DNA of 53,700 bases from a virus (lineage: Duplodnaviria; Caudoviricetes): positions 1-53,700 of the IMG/VR virus record IMGVR_UViG_3300027779_000038. One strand, given 5' to 3'. This document shows, in pieces, positions 38,501-48,100 of this stretch (its first letter is position 1; each line of letters opens with the position of its first letter). The notes under the pieces are model-generated. The model was not told where the DNA came from and ran no database searches. It saw only the letters and a program-made list of their open reading frames with translations. Made by a program: the position numbers and the translations under genes.

Positions 38501-40590
38501 TTGTTACAGCAAGTGGTTTGTTAGAAAATTCTAAACCAATTATAACAAATTGTCCTAGCAATATAAATCCAGCGGCTGGAGCGGCGGTTTTGTTTACTTA
38601 CCAAGGAAGTAATGGAAGTGTTGATTCTGAGGGTAAGACTTTAGATTTAACTTGGTCTATTGCAAGTCAAGATTCAACAAATCCTAACAACCCAGAATTA
38701 ACAATAGTAAAAATAGAAGATTTAAATCAAGAATCAAGAGCAGAATTAAGAGATGATACTGGTAGCTTAAATGGTACAATAAGTGTGGTTGTTAAACTTG
38801 AAGATGCCAATGGTTCTGTACAAAGTTTATCTTCAACGTGCGAAACTGGGGCGGATGGTAGCCAAGCATATAACACCACATCAACTAACGGTAGTTGGTA
38901 TAATGGGGAAAAACAAATTAATGAAGGACCAGAATCTTCTGGTTTTTACTGGAGTACTGATAAAACTAATGAAGTTACATCAACACCTTTACCGGAAGTT
39001 ACTAGAGCACCTATTGATGGTCAACCTACCCCAAATCCCATAATAGGCCAATCTGGATCACAAACAGCTTCATTAGATGCAGAAGGTGTCTGTGGTTCGG
39101 GCGATTTTACTTGGATCTGGAAAAACTCAAATAGAAATGCTTTATCTATGGGCTCGTCAAACACAAATCCTAGTGGCTTAACAGCTGGTACTGGTTACAT
39201 AATGGTTGATTTTGAGTTTGATTTATCGAATCTTACATCGCCTCAGAATGATAATCCATCTTTAATATATCCTGCATATTTACAATATAGAAATACAAAT
39301 AATGGAAACTATCCTAATAACTGGACAACTGCAATTGATATAGAAGGACAGGTTATAAAATTTGGAGGTACATCTATTAATAATTATGATATATCTAATA
39401 ATAACCTACTTGATTTTACTAGCACGGGCATTACAGACAAAGCAAATACGGCTACTTCTGAAACTGACAATGGCTATAATAACACAGATGCTATTCAAGT
39501 TAAAACAGCAACCATAACATCACAAAACCAAACACCACTACTGTCTGTAAAAGGTACAAGAATATTTGCTTTTGGTAAAGATCAAGGTTATTCCACAACA
39601 CCAGATTATTTTGGCGATTACAGGTTAATTGTTAGATATCCTTATGGTGACAATACAAGTGATAAACCCATACCCGTATTAACTAGTACCAGTTGTCCAC
39701 CTATAGACTCCGTATATAACAACTACTTTGCAGGTATGAGTCAAAAAGTAAAATTAACATACGGTGATTTTTATAAACCTTTAATGGATGGCGCTAACCC
39801 TCCAAGCTATTTTGGATATTTTATAAGCAGCAATGGTAATGTTGATATAGAAAATGCTAAACTTGTTGTACCTGAAAACCCAGTTTATGCTAGAGAGTGG
39901 GCTCTTAGATATGTAACACAATTTTATACTAATCCAGAAATGACCACTAAATATACTGATACGGTTAATAATCAGTATTACTCTTATTCTTCTTCATCAA
40001 ATGATGATTTAAATGCAAAATATGGTAATGAAAATTCTAATAGTGCAAAGTATCAAAAACCTAATGGAGAAAGTGTTCCAGAGTTTGGGAGCACAAATAA
40101 AAACAGAAAATGGGTTGGTAAGTTTAATAGTGAAGGCCAAAAAATAAAAGGAACGGCACAGCCTACTACATATACCGCCGGTCTACCCTTACCACCACCT
40201 ACGCCTAATCACCCAGATGGAGTTATAATGACTGGGGTTAGTGCAAGGATTATTGATGGCCAAAGGATTCAGCTCCTAAATGAAACTTTTAGGAACACTT
40301 CTGAAGCTGGTGAATGGGTAAATAAAATAGCTCAAAACTTTACTAATCGCCCTGGTCCTCAAGAAAATATTCCGTTTGAAGGTACATTTTTAAAGTTTTA
40401 TTCAACTGATTCACCATACAACCTAGTTTATCAAGTGCAAGCAATCCCTAGTCCCTTCATTTCTAGTGTGTCTTCGTATGCTTATTATAATACTGGAAAG
40501 GTTGTAATATCAAATATTGATTGGAGGAATTCCGGATTTCCAAACACCCTTGGAGTGGGTGACTATTATTATAACTGGGATGTGGTGTAA
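35593..40590 (+). CDS. Tail muzzle/nozzle (P22 gp10-like stabilisation) protein, N-terminal part plus variable extension
   Basis: KMNKDLDARLLPNGEYREGLNIQVSRSEG.DVGALENVLGN; LFWTDNRNQPRKI; FVRFSYRFKF; VKQNRNYQVGVVLSDKFGRQS; IFWETSTSGLI. Confidence 0.75.
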   Translation: MAEVKNSFIKSKMNKDLDARLLPNGEYREGLNIQVSRSEGADVGALENVLGNEEIVNFKTISGCNPVTSGDCNLKTIGVFTDKVNDNIYIFLTDYTDSGFETSITYNNESHNYIYIHNVLSRESNLLLTGSFLNFSTTNPIYGINILEGVLFWTDNRNQPRKIDVSRASTNSTEQTSNNYYTTEEQISVATYNPYQTIDLYFNKWGSGVVKSTVTAGTTISFVTDSLTGIPSVGSSVAKADNTVIGTILSFSSSGNSIVVSAATTLSVGDVLRFFVASNFAASTATHYSSMYNATDKFAADGTTLNPTFQTAGPDINGNTVTNYPGDPDFLKDKFVRFSYRFKFDGGENSIFAPFTQPAFIPKQDGYFLDNDSALSGNTKDENSTYRSTIVAFMENQVNNILLQIPLPCQANELYDKFKVIEIDILYKESDGLAVQLVDKISRDGIEGFEQLGGTDNVVVYNYQGDKPYRTLPSADLIRVFDKVPVRAYGQEIIGNRIVYSNFQTQHTPPESLNYNVGIYDKNAFSLATSDDEAVPSSSIVEYPMHTVKQNRNYQVGVVLSDKFGRQSTVLLSSAVVQNFESGNINAFGGSTVYFPYRKDKGTTNNDINSWPGDSIKILFNQAIGTTGIYAGNAANFINGWPGIYNGDITNADYNPLGWYSYKVVIKQQEQEYYNVYLPGILNGYPNNPATPPDPQDTVAFITLLGDNINKVPRDLTDVGPVQVQFRSSVPIFGRVTPQQTAPGTVPVFNTQFYPTIEPDVVNTIGVEDNLLGTNIAYSDIYQTESNPNMGRVSQSSITNPIGSGPLASGTYNFLLGIYETAPVDSRLNIFWETSTSGLISDLNLAIEQESPGIKGFTTAPGQNTTWTYSQNENMTTGTGVAKNFYPYQQTVTNGPMVQVDNSIIDNWWVEDGEGATRTNDFTLTKQEGSPDTYTISTANTFYFGSNASTKESYQFFFEVINEDTSIISVVTASGLLENSKPIITNCPSNINPAAGAAVLFTYQGSNGSVDSEGKTLDLTWSIASQDSTNPNNPELTIVKIEDLNQESRAELRDDTGSLNGTISVVVKLEDANGSVQSLSSTCETGADGSQAYNTTSTNGSWYNGEKQINEGPESSGFYWSTDKTNEVTSTPLPEVTRAPIDGQPTPNPIIGQSGSQTASLDAEGVCGSGDFTWIWKNSNRNALSMGSSNTNPSGLTAGTGYIMVDFEFDLSNLTSPQNDNPSLIYPAYLQYRNTNNGNYPNNWTTAIDIEGQVIKFGGTSINNYDISNNNLLDFTSTGITDKANTATSETDNGYNNTDAIQVKTATITSQNQTPLLSVKGTRIFAFGKDQGYSTTPDYFGDYRLIVRYPYGDNTSDKPIPVLTSTSCPPIDSVYNNYFAGMSQKVKLTYGDFYKPLMDGANPPSYFGYFISSNGNVDIENAKLVVPENPVYAREWALRYVTQFYTNPEMTTKYTDTVNNQYYSYSSSSNDDLNAKYGNENSNSAKYQKPNGESVPEFGSTNKNRKWVGKFNSEGQKIKGTAQPTTYTAGLPLPPPTPNHPDGVIMTGVSARIIDGQRIQLLNETFRNTSEAGEWVNKIAQNFTNRPGPQENIPFEGTFLKFYSTDSPYNLVYQVQAIPSPFISSVSSYAYYNTGKVVISNIDWRNSGFPNTLGVGDYYYNWDVV

Positions 40591-40619
40591 CAATATAAAT
40601 AAATAAGTAATAATAAATT

Positions 40620-42110
40620 ATGGCAGCATTAATAGAAGTTAAGTATTTTAACAGTTTTATTTTACGCAAAACCCTTAATGATAATACAGGAGGAGAAGCT
40701 GTGTGGAATGGATCTAGAGGTAATAATACTTATCCAAAAACAGCTGTTGCTAACGACAATAATTGGGCCATAGAAGAAGCGAGAATAAGAGGTGGATATA
40801 ATAATGTATCTACTGATTACGGCGCTAAAGCATATGTAGTTGACGATAATCCTATTGCTTCTATTAGAAAAAACTCTTTAATATATTCTGGTATATTTAA
40901 CTCAAGAACAAGCATAAATGATACTAATGTATTTTCAGTAGGTACAGACATAACAAGAAGTGTAGATCCTATAAATGGTTCAATTCAAAAATTATTTGCA
41001 GAAGATACAAATTTAATTATTTTTCAAGAGAAAAAAGTTAGTAACGCTTTAATAGATAAAGATGCTATATATACAGCTGAAGGTCAATCTTTAACAACTT
41101 CAGGCACACAAGTTATAGGTCAAGTAAGAGCTTACGCTGGTAACTTTGGTATAAGTAAAAATCCAGAAAGTTTTGCTGTATATGGTACTAGAAAATATTT
41201 TACTGATAAAGATAGAAATGCAGTACTTAGATTATCACAAGATGGAATAACAGAAATATCTAACTATGGTATGATTGATTTTTTTAGAGATCAATTTGGT
41301 AGTTTAAATGGCGGAAAATTAATAGGTGGTTGGGATATATATAACAAACAATATGTAGTTTCTATTCAACCTAAATCTACAACTCTTCCATATAAAACAT
41401 TATCATTTGACGAAATGGTGCAGGGTTGGACAAGCTTATATAGTTACAAGCCAGCAACTATGCTTAGTTTAAAAAGTAAATTTTACAGTAGTGGTCCAAC
41501 AACCAAAGAAGCTAATGATTCAGGTTCTTTATACCAACACTATGTTGCTACACAGCCTAGATCTTATTTTTATGGGGGACAATATGGTTCTAGTGTAGAA
41601 TTTGTGTTTAATCCTAAAGTTAGTATGTCTAAAGTATTTAAGACTGTTAACTATGAAGGTAGTAATGGCTGGCAAATTGATTCATTTGTTTCTGATTTTA
41701 CAGGTATTGGTTATCCTAACACAGATTTTGAATTATATCAAACCGTTAATACTCAAGATAAAACAGGTGAAAAAATACCATCTGTATTAAGTTATAATGA
41801 AGGTACATATGATAGTTCTAATCCCGCACAAGAGTTTGCAAATATAAATACAATACCTTTTACACAAAAAAATGTTACTTTAGTTCCACCTTTATTTCAT
41901 GCTGGATTTACTAGAAAAGAAAATAAATATATGGCAAACTTGGTTAACACAAGTGTTGCTGCACCTGGAGAAGTTATATTTGGTAATAAAATGACAGGTA
42001 TAAAAGGTTATTTTGCTACAGTAAAAATATCAACAGACACTTTAACTGATCCTGGAGGAATGAAAGAATTATTTGCAGCATCTTCAGATTATGTAGAATC
42101 TGCATATTAA
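40620..42110 (+). CDS. Tail muzzle/nozzle protein, C-terminal part
   Basis: IEEARIRGGYNN; LIYSGIFNSRT; GSIQKL..EDTNL; FGISKNPESFA; YFTDKDRNAVLRLSQDGITEIS; KVFKTVNYEG. Confidence 0.75.
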   Translation: MAALIEVKYFNSFILRKTLNDNTGGEAVWNGSRGNNTYPKTAVANDNNWAIEEARIRGGYNNVSTDYGAKAYVVDDNPIASIRKNSLIYSGIFNSRTSINDTNVFSVGTDITRSVDPINGSIQKLFAEDTNLIIFQEKKVSNALIDKDAIYTAEGQSLTTSGTQVIGQVRAYAGNFGISKNPESFAVYGTRKYFTDKDRNAVLRLSQDGITEISNYGMIDFFRDQFGSLNGGKLIGGWDIYNKQYVVSIQPKSTTLPYKTLSFDEMVQGWTSLYSYKPATMLSLKSKFYSSGPTTKEANDSGSLYQHYVATQPRSYFYGGQYGSSVEFVFNPKVSMSKVFKTVNYEGSNGWQIDSFVSDFTGIGYPNTDFELYQTVNTQDKTGEKIPSVLSYNEGTYDSSNPAQEFANINTIPFTQKNVTLVPPLFHAGFTRKENKYMANLVNTSVAAPGEVIFGNKMTGIKGYFATVKISTDTLTDPGGMKELFAASSDYVESAY

Positions 42111-42125
42111 ATTAAATTAAATTAA

Positions 42126-42530
42126 ATGGAATTAAAAGTCAGACAAATAAAGTCTAGTGATTGGGAGATGCTTGTTAGTTGGTGGAAAGGTCATAATTGG
42201 TCTATAATAAACAAAGATGCATTACCAGATAATGGCACCGGTGGTTTTATTGTAGAAGAAAATAATAAACCAGTTTTAGCTGGATTTTTATTTCAAACCA
42301 ACTCTAAAGGATGTTGGTTAGAATTTATAATATCTGATCCTAAATATAAAAAAGACAGAAAAAAAATAATAGAAAAACTTGTAAATACAGCGCAAGACTT
42401 GGCTATTAAACTAGGTTATAAATATATGTTGTTTATAGGTAAAAGTAATGGACTTAGAAAAGTAATGAAAGAATTAGGTTGGTTTGAAGATCCAACCCCA
42501 ACGTTTGAATTAATGAAAAAAATAAATTAA
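42126..42530 (+). CDS. GNAT-fold protein (T7 gp13 / P22 gp14-like position before the ejection proteins)
   Basis: GFIVEENNKPVLAGFL...WLEFIISDP...LVNTAQDLAIKLGYKY...MKELGW acetyltransferase-like pattern. Confidence 0.6.
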   Translation: MELKVRQIKSSDWEMLVSWWKGHNWSIINKDALPDNGTGGFIVEENNKPVLAGFLFQTNSKGCWLEFIISDPKYKKDRKKIIEKLVNTAQDLAIKLGYKYMLFIGKSNGLRKVMKELGWFEDPTPTFELMKKIN

Positions 42531-42531
42531 T

Positions 42532-43365
42532 ATGGGAGTAATAACAACTGGTGTGATGTTGGGCGCCGCGGCTATAGGTGCTGCGGGAACTATAGCTAGT
42601 ACCGCAATAGCAACAAGTGCTGCGGGTAAAGCAGAAAAAAGAGCTAGAAGAGATAAAGAAGGTTTAATGATTCAATTAGAAGGATTAGAAGACGAGAGGC
42701 AAAATGTTATAAACCCTTACGAAGGAATAACAGATTTATCAGGAATGATAGAAGGTTTAGGTGATAGTTTTTCTGATACATCTCAAGATCTTAGCAATCC
42801 TTTTGCTAATTTAAGTGTAGCTACTTCAGCTGCTGAATTTCAAGCAGAAGAACAAGATATATCACTAGCAAACACATTAGACACTTTAATGGCTAGTGGC
42901 GCTAGCGCTGGTGGAGCCACGGCTTTAGCTCAAGCAGCATTACAAGGCAAAAGAGGCATAAGTGCTAGTATACAGCAGCAAGAGTCTAGCAATGAAAAAA
43001 TGAGGGCACAAGGTGAAGTAGGATTAATGCAAGCTAAACAAGCTGAAGCTATTAGATTACAAAACGCAGATTATGGTGAAGGGTTACGTATGCAAGAAAA
43101 CCTAAGAGGTGAGGCAGAAAGAATGCAAAATGCTGATGTATTAGGTAAAGAATTTGTGTTTGACGCAACTGAAAGAAGACAAACAGCAGAAATGAATAGA
43201 GTGCAATCTAGTATAAATCAAAGTGCATATCAAGAAGCATCAGCTAGTCAAGCTAAAACATCCGCTTTAACAAGTGGTATAAGAGGTCTATCAAATATTG
43301 GTATTGGGATGATGAACTCTTCAACTACAAAACCCCCAGGTGGTAATGTTTTAACCGGACCCTAA
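42532..43365 (+). CDS. Internal virion / DNA-ejection protein (small)
   Basis: Hydrophobic Gly/Ala N-terminus, GASAGGATALAQAA and Gln-rich coiled coils; position after nozzle and GNAT genes. Confidence 0.7.
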   Translation: MGVITTGVMLGAAAIGAAGTIASTAIATSAAGKAEKRARRDKEGLMIQLEGLEDERQNVINPYEGITDLSGMIEGLGDSFSDTSQDLSNPFANLSVATSAAEFQAEEQDISLANTLDTLMASGASAGGATALAQAALQGKRGISASIQQQESSNEKMRAQGEVGLMQAKQAEAIRLQNADYGEGLRMQENLRGEAERMQNADVLGKEFVFDATERRQTAEMNRVQSSINQSAYQEASASQAKTSALTSGIRGLSNIGIGMMNSSTTKPPGGNVLTGP

Positions 43366-43380
43366 TTAACAAAATAGATC

Positions 43381-45120
43381 ATGGCAGAACAAAGAAAATC
43401 TAGATATCAATCTAGAAATTTACCAAGATTTGGTAATAAAAAATATGATACAAAGATTTATGAACAAGGAGGACCTGACTTATCTTCTTTCACTAGGCAA
43501 CAAGGTAGAGACTTTGCTGCTATAACATCACAAGCTGCAGCTAATACTCAAAAAGCTTTTGATAATCTTGAAGCTCAAAAAACAGCTAGGCAAGAAAAAA
43601 GTCAAGCCTACATGGATTGGACTATGGCTTTTCAAATTCAAAACACAGATGCGGTTACTCAGTTAGTATCAAAGTCTGGAGCTAATAACCCTCAATTAGC
43701 AGAAGCTGCTATGTGGCAACTTGATGGACTTAACATGGCGGGTGAAGCTGCTAAAAGAGCTGAAACACCTGAAGAGCAAAGAATTGCATTAAAACAATTA
43801 CAAGGGTTTAAAACTAGAATTTCAAGTTTAGGTGTGAATATTGATCGTCAAAATATCTCTATAAAACAATTTGCAGAAGACGCTCAAGCTAGGTTACTTA
43901 ACACACAAGGGGGATTAAACTTAAATAGTCCAAAAGGGCTAGTATACGGAAAACAAATGGCAATTACCGTTGGTATGAATCCAGGTGAAATGACTTGGTT
44001 AGTAGACGAAGATGGTGATTGGGCTGTTAGGCATGATGGTCCTTTAATGGATGAACCTACAATAACTAAAGCTTCTACTTTTTTTGAAGAAGAACCAGGT
44101 ATAATACCAGAAAGCAATAAAGCTATTCAAAAAATAATGCAAGATAGTTTAGGTTTAATAGATGATAAAGGAAGAGTTATTGATGATTTTGTTTTAGGAA
44201 ATAAATCAAAGTTGGTTTCTATAGGTCAAGGAATGATGCAAGAACAAACAGTAACTAATGAAGCTCTTATTGCTCAAAGAATGCAACCATATCTTAAGTC
44301 TTATGCTTTAAGTTATGCTTCTAATTATGATACGGCTGAAGCTTATTGGGATAGTTTACCTGAAAATATAAGAACAGATGTTAGAAATTTAATGAAAGAG
44401 CAAGGGCTTGAAGATCCAGGTGATGATTTAACCCCAGGTTTAATAACAGTTGGTTCATCTTCTTTACAAGTAAATAAAAATTCTTGGTTTGCTATGGAAA
44501 ATGCTTTATACGCACAAGCTAAAGCAATGGTACCTAAGGTTAGAAAAGGTAGAATAATGCAAGATAAAAATTACATTAAATCTGGAAGTAGTTCTAATGG
44601 CTTAGGTGGTCAAAACGATATGTTTAGTATGTTGAAAAATATAGTTGATCTACCTCCACAGCAACAATTAGACATGTTAAAACTCAATGCTAATGATTCA
44701 CAGAGTTTTAAATATAACCCACCTAGCGCTAATGATTTAAAAATAAACCCTCAAGCAAAAGGAGTTATAACTATTGAAACAAAAAGAGATGCTAACATAG
44801 ATCCACCAAATCAAGAAAAAATGATTGGATTTGAAAATTCAGTAGGATTTATAAAAGGAGGAAGTCCAGGAGATGAAGGTTATGATGAACAAATTGCAAA
44901 TGCTAACATAATGGAAGTATTTAATTTAAGTGAACGTGATAGCAAGGGTGAAACTGGTGGATTAAATGCTTGGTATAATAGAATAGCTGATCTTTATTTA
45001 GGTAATACTGCTGCTGATAGAAAAGTTAGAGCACGATTTCAAGCATTTTTAACAGATGGAAGAGGTCAAGGAAACTCAAGTGCTCCTGCTGTTGAAAGAG
45101 GATTTTTAAATGTAAATTAA
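43381..45120 (+). CDS. Internal virion / DNA-ejection protein (middle, 579 aa)
   Basis: Helical Gln/Ala-rich N-half; located between the small and giant ejection-type genes. Confidence 0.6.
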   Translation: MAEQRKSRYQSRNLPRFGNKKYDTKIYEQGGPDLSSFTRQQGRDFAAITSQAAANTQKAFDNLEAQKTARQEKSQAYMDWTMAFQIQNTDAVTQLVSKSGANNPQLAEAAMWQLDGLNMAGEAAKRAETPEEQRIALKQLQGFKTRISSLGVNIDRQNISIKQFAEDAQARLLNTQGGLNLNSPKGLVYGKQMAITVGMNPGEMTWLVDEDGDWAVRHDGPLMDEPTITKASTFFEEEPGIIPESNKAIQKIMQDSLGLIDDKGRVIDDFVLGNKSKLVSIGQGMMQEQTVTNEALIAQRMQPYLKSYALSYASNYDTAEAYWDSLPENIRTDVRNLMKEQGLEDPGDDLTPGLITVGSSSLQVNKNSWFAMENALYAQAKAMVPKVRKGRIMQDKNYIKSGSSSNGLGGQNDMFSMLKNIVDLPPQQQLDMLKLNANDSQSFKYNPPSANDLKINPQAKGVITIETKRDANIDPPNQEKMIGFENSVGFIKGGSPGDEGYDEQIANANIMEVFNLSERDSKGETGGLNAWYNRIADLYLGNTAADRKVRARFQAFLTDGRGQGNSSAPAVERGFLNVN

Positions 45121-48100
45121 TGGAAGAATTATATACTATTTTAAACGAAAGAGGGGATTATGTTGGTAGTTTTGAAGAATTTGAAAAAGATTATGCTAAA
45201 GATAATTATAAAACTCTTCACAAAAAACTAGCTCAAGCTGAATATTATACAAATCCCTATGAGGATTTTGTTCAAGATTATAAACCAGTAAAGAGCTCAA
45301 CCACAACGCCGGATACGGTTGTGGAGACAGAAGAAATCGTGTCCGATCCTTTAAAATCTTCGGATACAGAATCTGCATTAGTAAGCAATGTAATAAGCAA
45401 AGTTACTCCTAAAGGTAAAGAAGACGAAGGTATATTTGCTTCAAGTTTAAGATCTTTTATGCAGGGATTAGAAGGCGTAGAACTAGGCCAAGAGTCAGCT
45501 GAATTAATGCAAGCTTTTGAAGACGGCACTTTATCTAAAAGAGATTATCAAGAATATATAGCAGCAAATAATAACGTACAAGATAATAAAGAAATTGCTA
45601 GTATTGGTCGATATGAAAAAGCATATTCACAATATATAGCAAAAGGTGAAAATGGAACCATAGCAACATTGAAAGCTTTATGGGATAATCCAGATGCTGG
45701 GTTTCCAATGGCTATGAATTCTATTGCAACTGTTGGTAGCGCTCCTTTTCTTTCGAAAGCAGTTGGAAAAGCAGCACTTAAATATGGCGCTGCTGGTGCT
45801 ACTGCTGGAGCGGGTGTTTCTGCTGCGGCTGGTGCTTTAGGTGGGCCAGTTGGAAGTGCCGTAGCTGGTCTCACTGGTGGTGTTTCAGGTGGAATTAATG
45901 GTTTAATGTTTGGTGCTATGAAACAACTTGAAACTCAATTGTTTTTTAGTGAAGAATTAAACAATGGAATTAAAGGTGAGCTAACAGAAGAAAAAATAAG
46001 TAGGTTTTTTAGCAATAAAAAAAATGTAGAAGAAATAATAAACAACGCTGAATTAAGAGGTATTGGTGTTGCTGCTATAGAAACAATGTTTAAAATGCTA
46101 CCTGTAAAAGCGGGTGGTGCAGCATTAAAAATGATAAGTAAACGAACCGGCGCTGGTGTTGCTGGCAAGGTTGTTGCTGTTGCAGGAGGAGCTGTTGCCG
46201 CAGCTGGAACAGAAGCAGCTGTAGGTATGACCGGTGAAGCTACTGGTATGATTATGTCAGGTAAAGAGCTTGATGCTAAACAAATAATTGAAGAAGGTAT
46301 TTTAGGTCCTTACGGTAAAGTTGTTGGGGTTGCTGGTTATATAGGAAAAGTAAGAATGATGCAAGATGAAGTTAAAGCTTCTAGTTTGTTAAAAAATTCT
46401 AACTTAGATTCAAGTGCAGCTAAAGCATTTGACCCAAATCTAAAAGTAGGAGAAGCTCAAGTTGGTATATCTAAACTTAAAAATGGTCAAAAAATAGTAG
46501 ACTACGAGGTAGATAGGATGGTTAATAGAAGTGACATATCAGAACAAGAAGGCAAAGATATAAAACAAAATTTTAGAGATGTACAGGGTGGCTCAAACAG
46601 ATTAAAAAGTTTAAAACTTGACAATGCGGCAGAAGCAGAGGCTATAAATAAATTAAGAATTATTAATAAGCTTAAGCAGGATATAAAAGAAATAGATAAT
46701 AAGGCTTTATCTGCACAAAAACAAGCACAATTAGATACATTAAATGAAGAATTAAACACAAGTGATAGTGAATTATTTAATGTTATTAAAAAAGACGCCG
46801 CACAAAAAGTAGAAAAAGATGTAAGTTTTGTAAAAAAAGCAGCAGAAGCATTAAAATTTAAAGTTGTAGATAATTTATCAACTACAGAAATATTACAAAA
46901 ATTTGGAAAAAAAGAAGCTGCCGCTAATGGATTTTTTAGAGATGGCACTATATATATAAACAAAGAAGTTGCTGCTGAAACAAGAGCCGTAACTGTTGGT
47001 AGTCACGAATTATTGCACGGTATATTAGCTAATGCAGCTAAAATAGATGAAAAAATAATTGAACAGTTTAAAAGTAAACTAACTGAAGATCAAATTAAGT
47101 TAGTTGATAAAAAACTTACAGATAATTATGAAGCTGATTATATAAAAGATAATCCTGATGAGTTTATAACACAATTTTCTGATCTTATAGCTGAAGATAA
47201 AATTAAATACAATGATACTTTAGGAACAATGTTATTAGATGTAGTAACTCCTATACTTAGAGCAGCTGGTTTTAAAAATATTAAGTTTGATAGTGGTGAA
47301 CAAATATATGATTTCATGCGAGAATACAGTAAAAGCATGAAGTCAGGTAATTTAAGTGGTGCTATAATAAAAGCAGTACCAGGTGGTGTTAAAATAAAAG
47401 ATACAAAAACTACTGAATCAAGATCTAAACGCTTTGATACTAAAGAAATATTAAGTACTAATACTGATACTATAAATGAATTAGCTACTGAAAATAAAAC
47501 TACTCCATTTAAACAAAACTCTACACAAGAAAAAGATTTATTAAGACAATATACTAATGTTGCTTTAAAAGCTTTAGGTTATAGAAAAGGAGCAGGTACT
47601 ATAGCGCCGCAAGAGGCGGTAAGCTTTGTTAATTCTAAGTTTAAAGGCATAATGAATAGGTTTAATCCTAAAGAATCTAAGTTTTCTACGTGGGTTACTA
47701 GTAATATTACTCCTAAACGAATGGAATTCTATGACAGTCAAATAGGTGATGCCGCTGTAACAACTAGCATAGATGATGAAAGAGCAGGTCAAATAGCGGA
47801 TATACCTACTGAAACTAAAACAAATAAAAAAAGAGATGTTAAGCCTACTACAAATCCTTTAAAATTATTTGGTTCAGATGATAAAGCTAGGGAGTCTTTT
47901 ATAAAAAATACTATAGATAAAATAAAAGAGCTAGGTTCATTAGATTTAATTAACTCTGTATTTGGCTTAGGTTTGCCTTCAAATATAGATAACTTAACAT
48001 ATAAAACATTAAAAACTTTAGACGAGCAGGGTATTGCAGATCTAACTGGTATACCTGTTAATAAAATATTTCAAAAAGCAGATAATTTAAATCAAGACGC

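Noticed and set aside
38783-41790. +1-frame ORFs 38783..39043 and 41602..41790 in the muzzle genes
   Set aside because: Leu/Met/Lys-rich shadow composition with no clear local codon anomaly.
45196-45378. 60-aa minus-strand ORF over the GC-rich island in the giant gene
   Set aside because: The island is better explained by the pseudoknot and -1 frame on the + strand.
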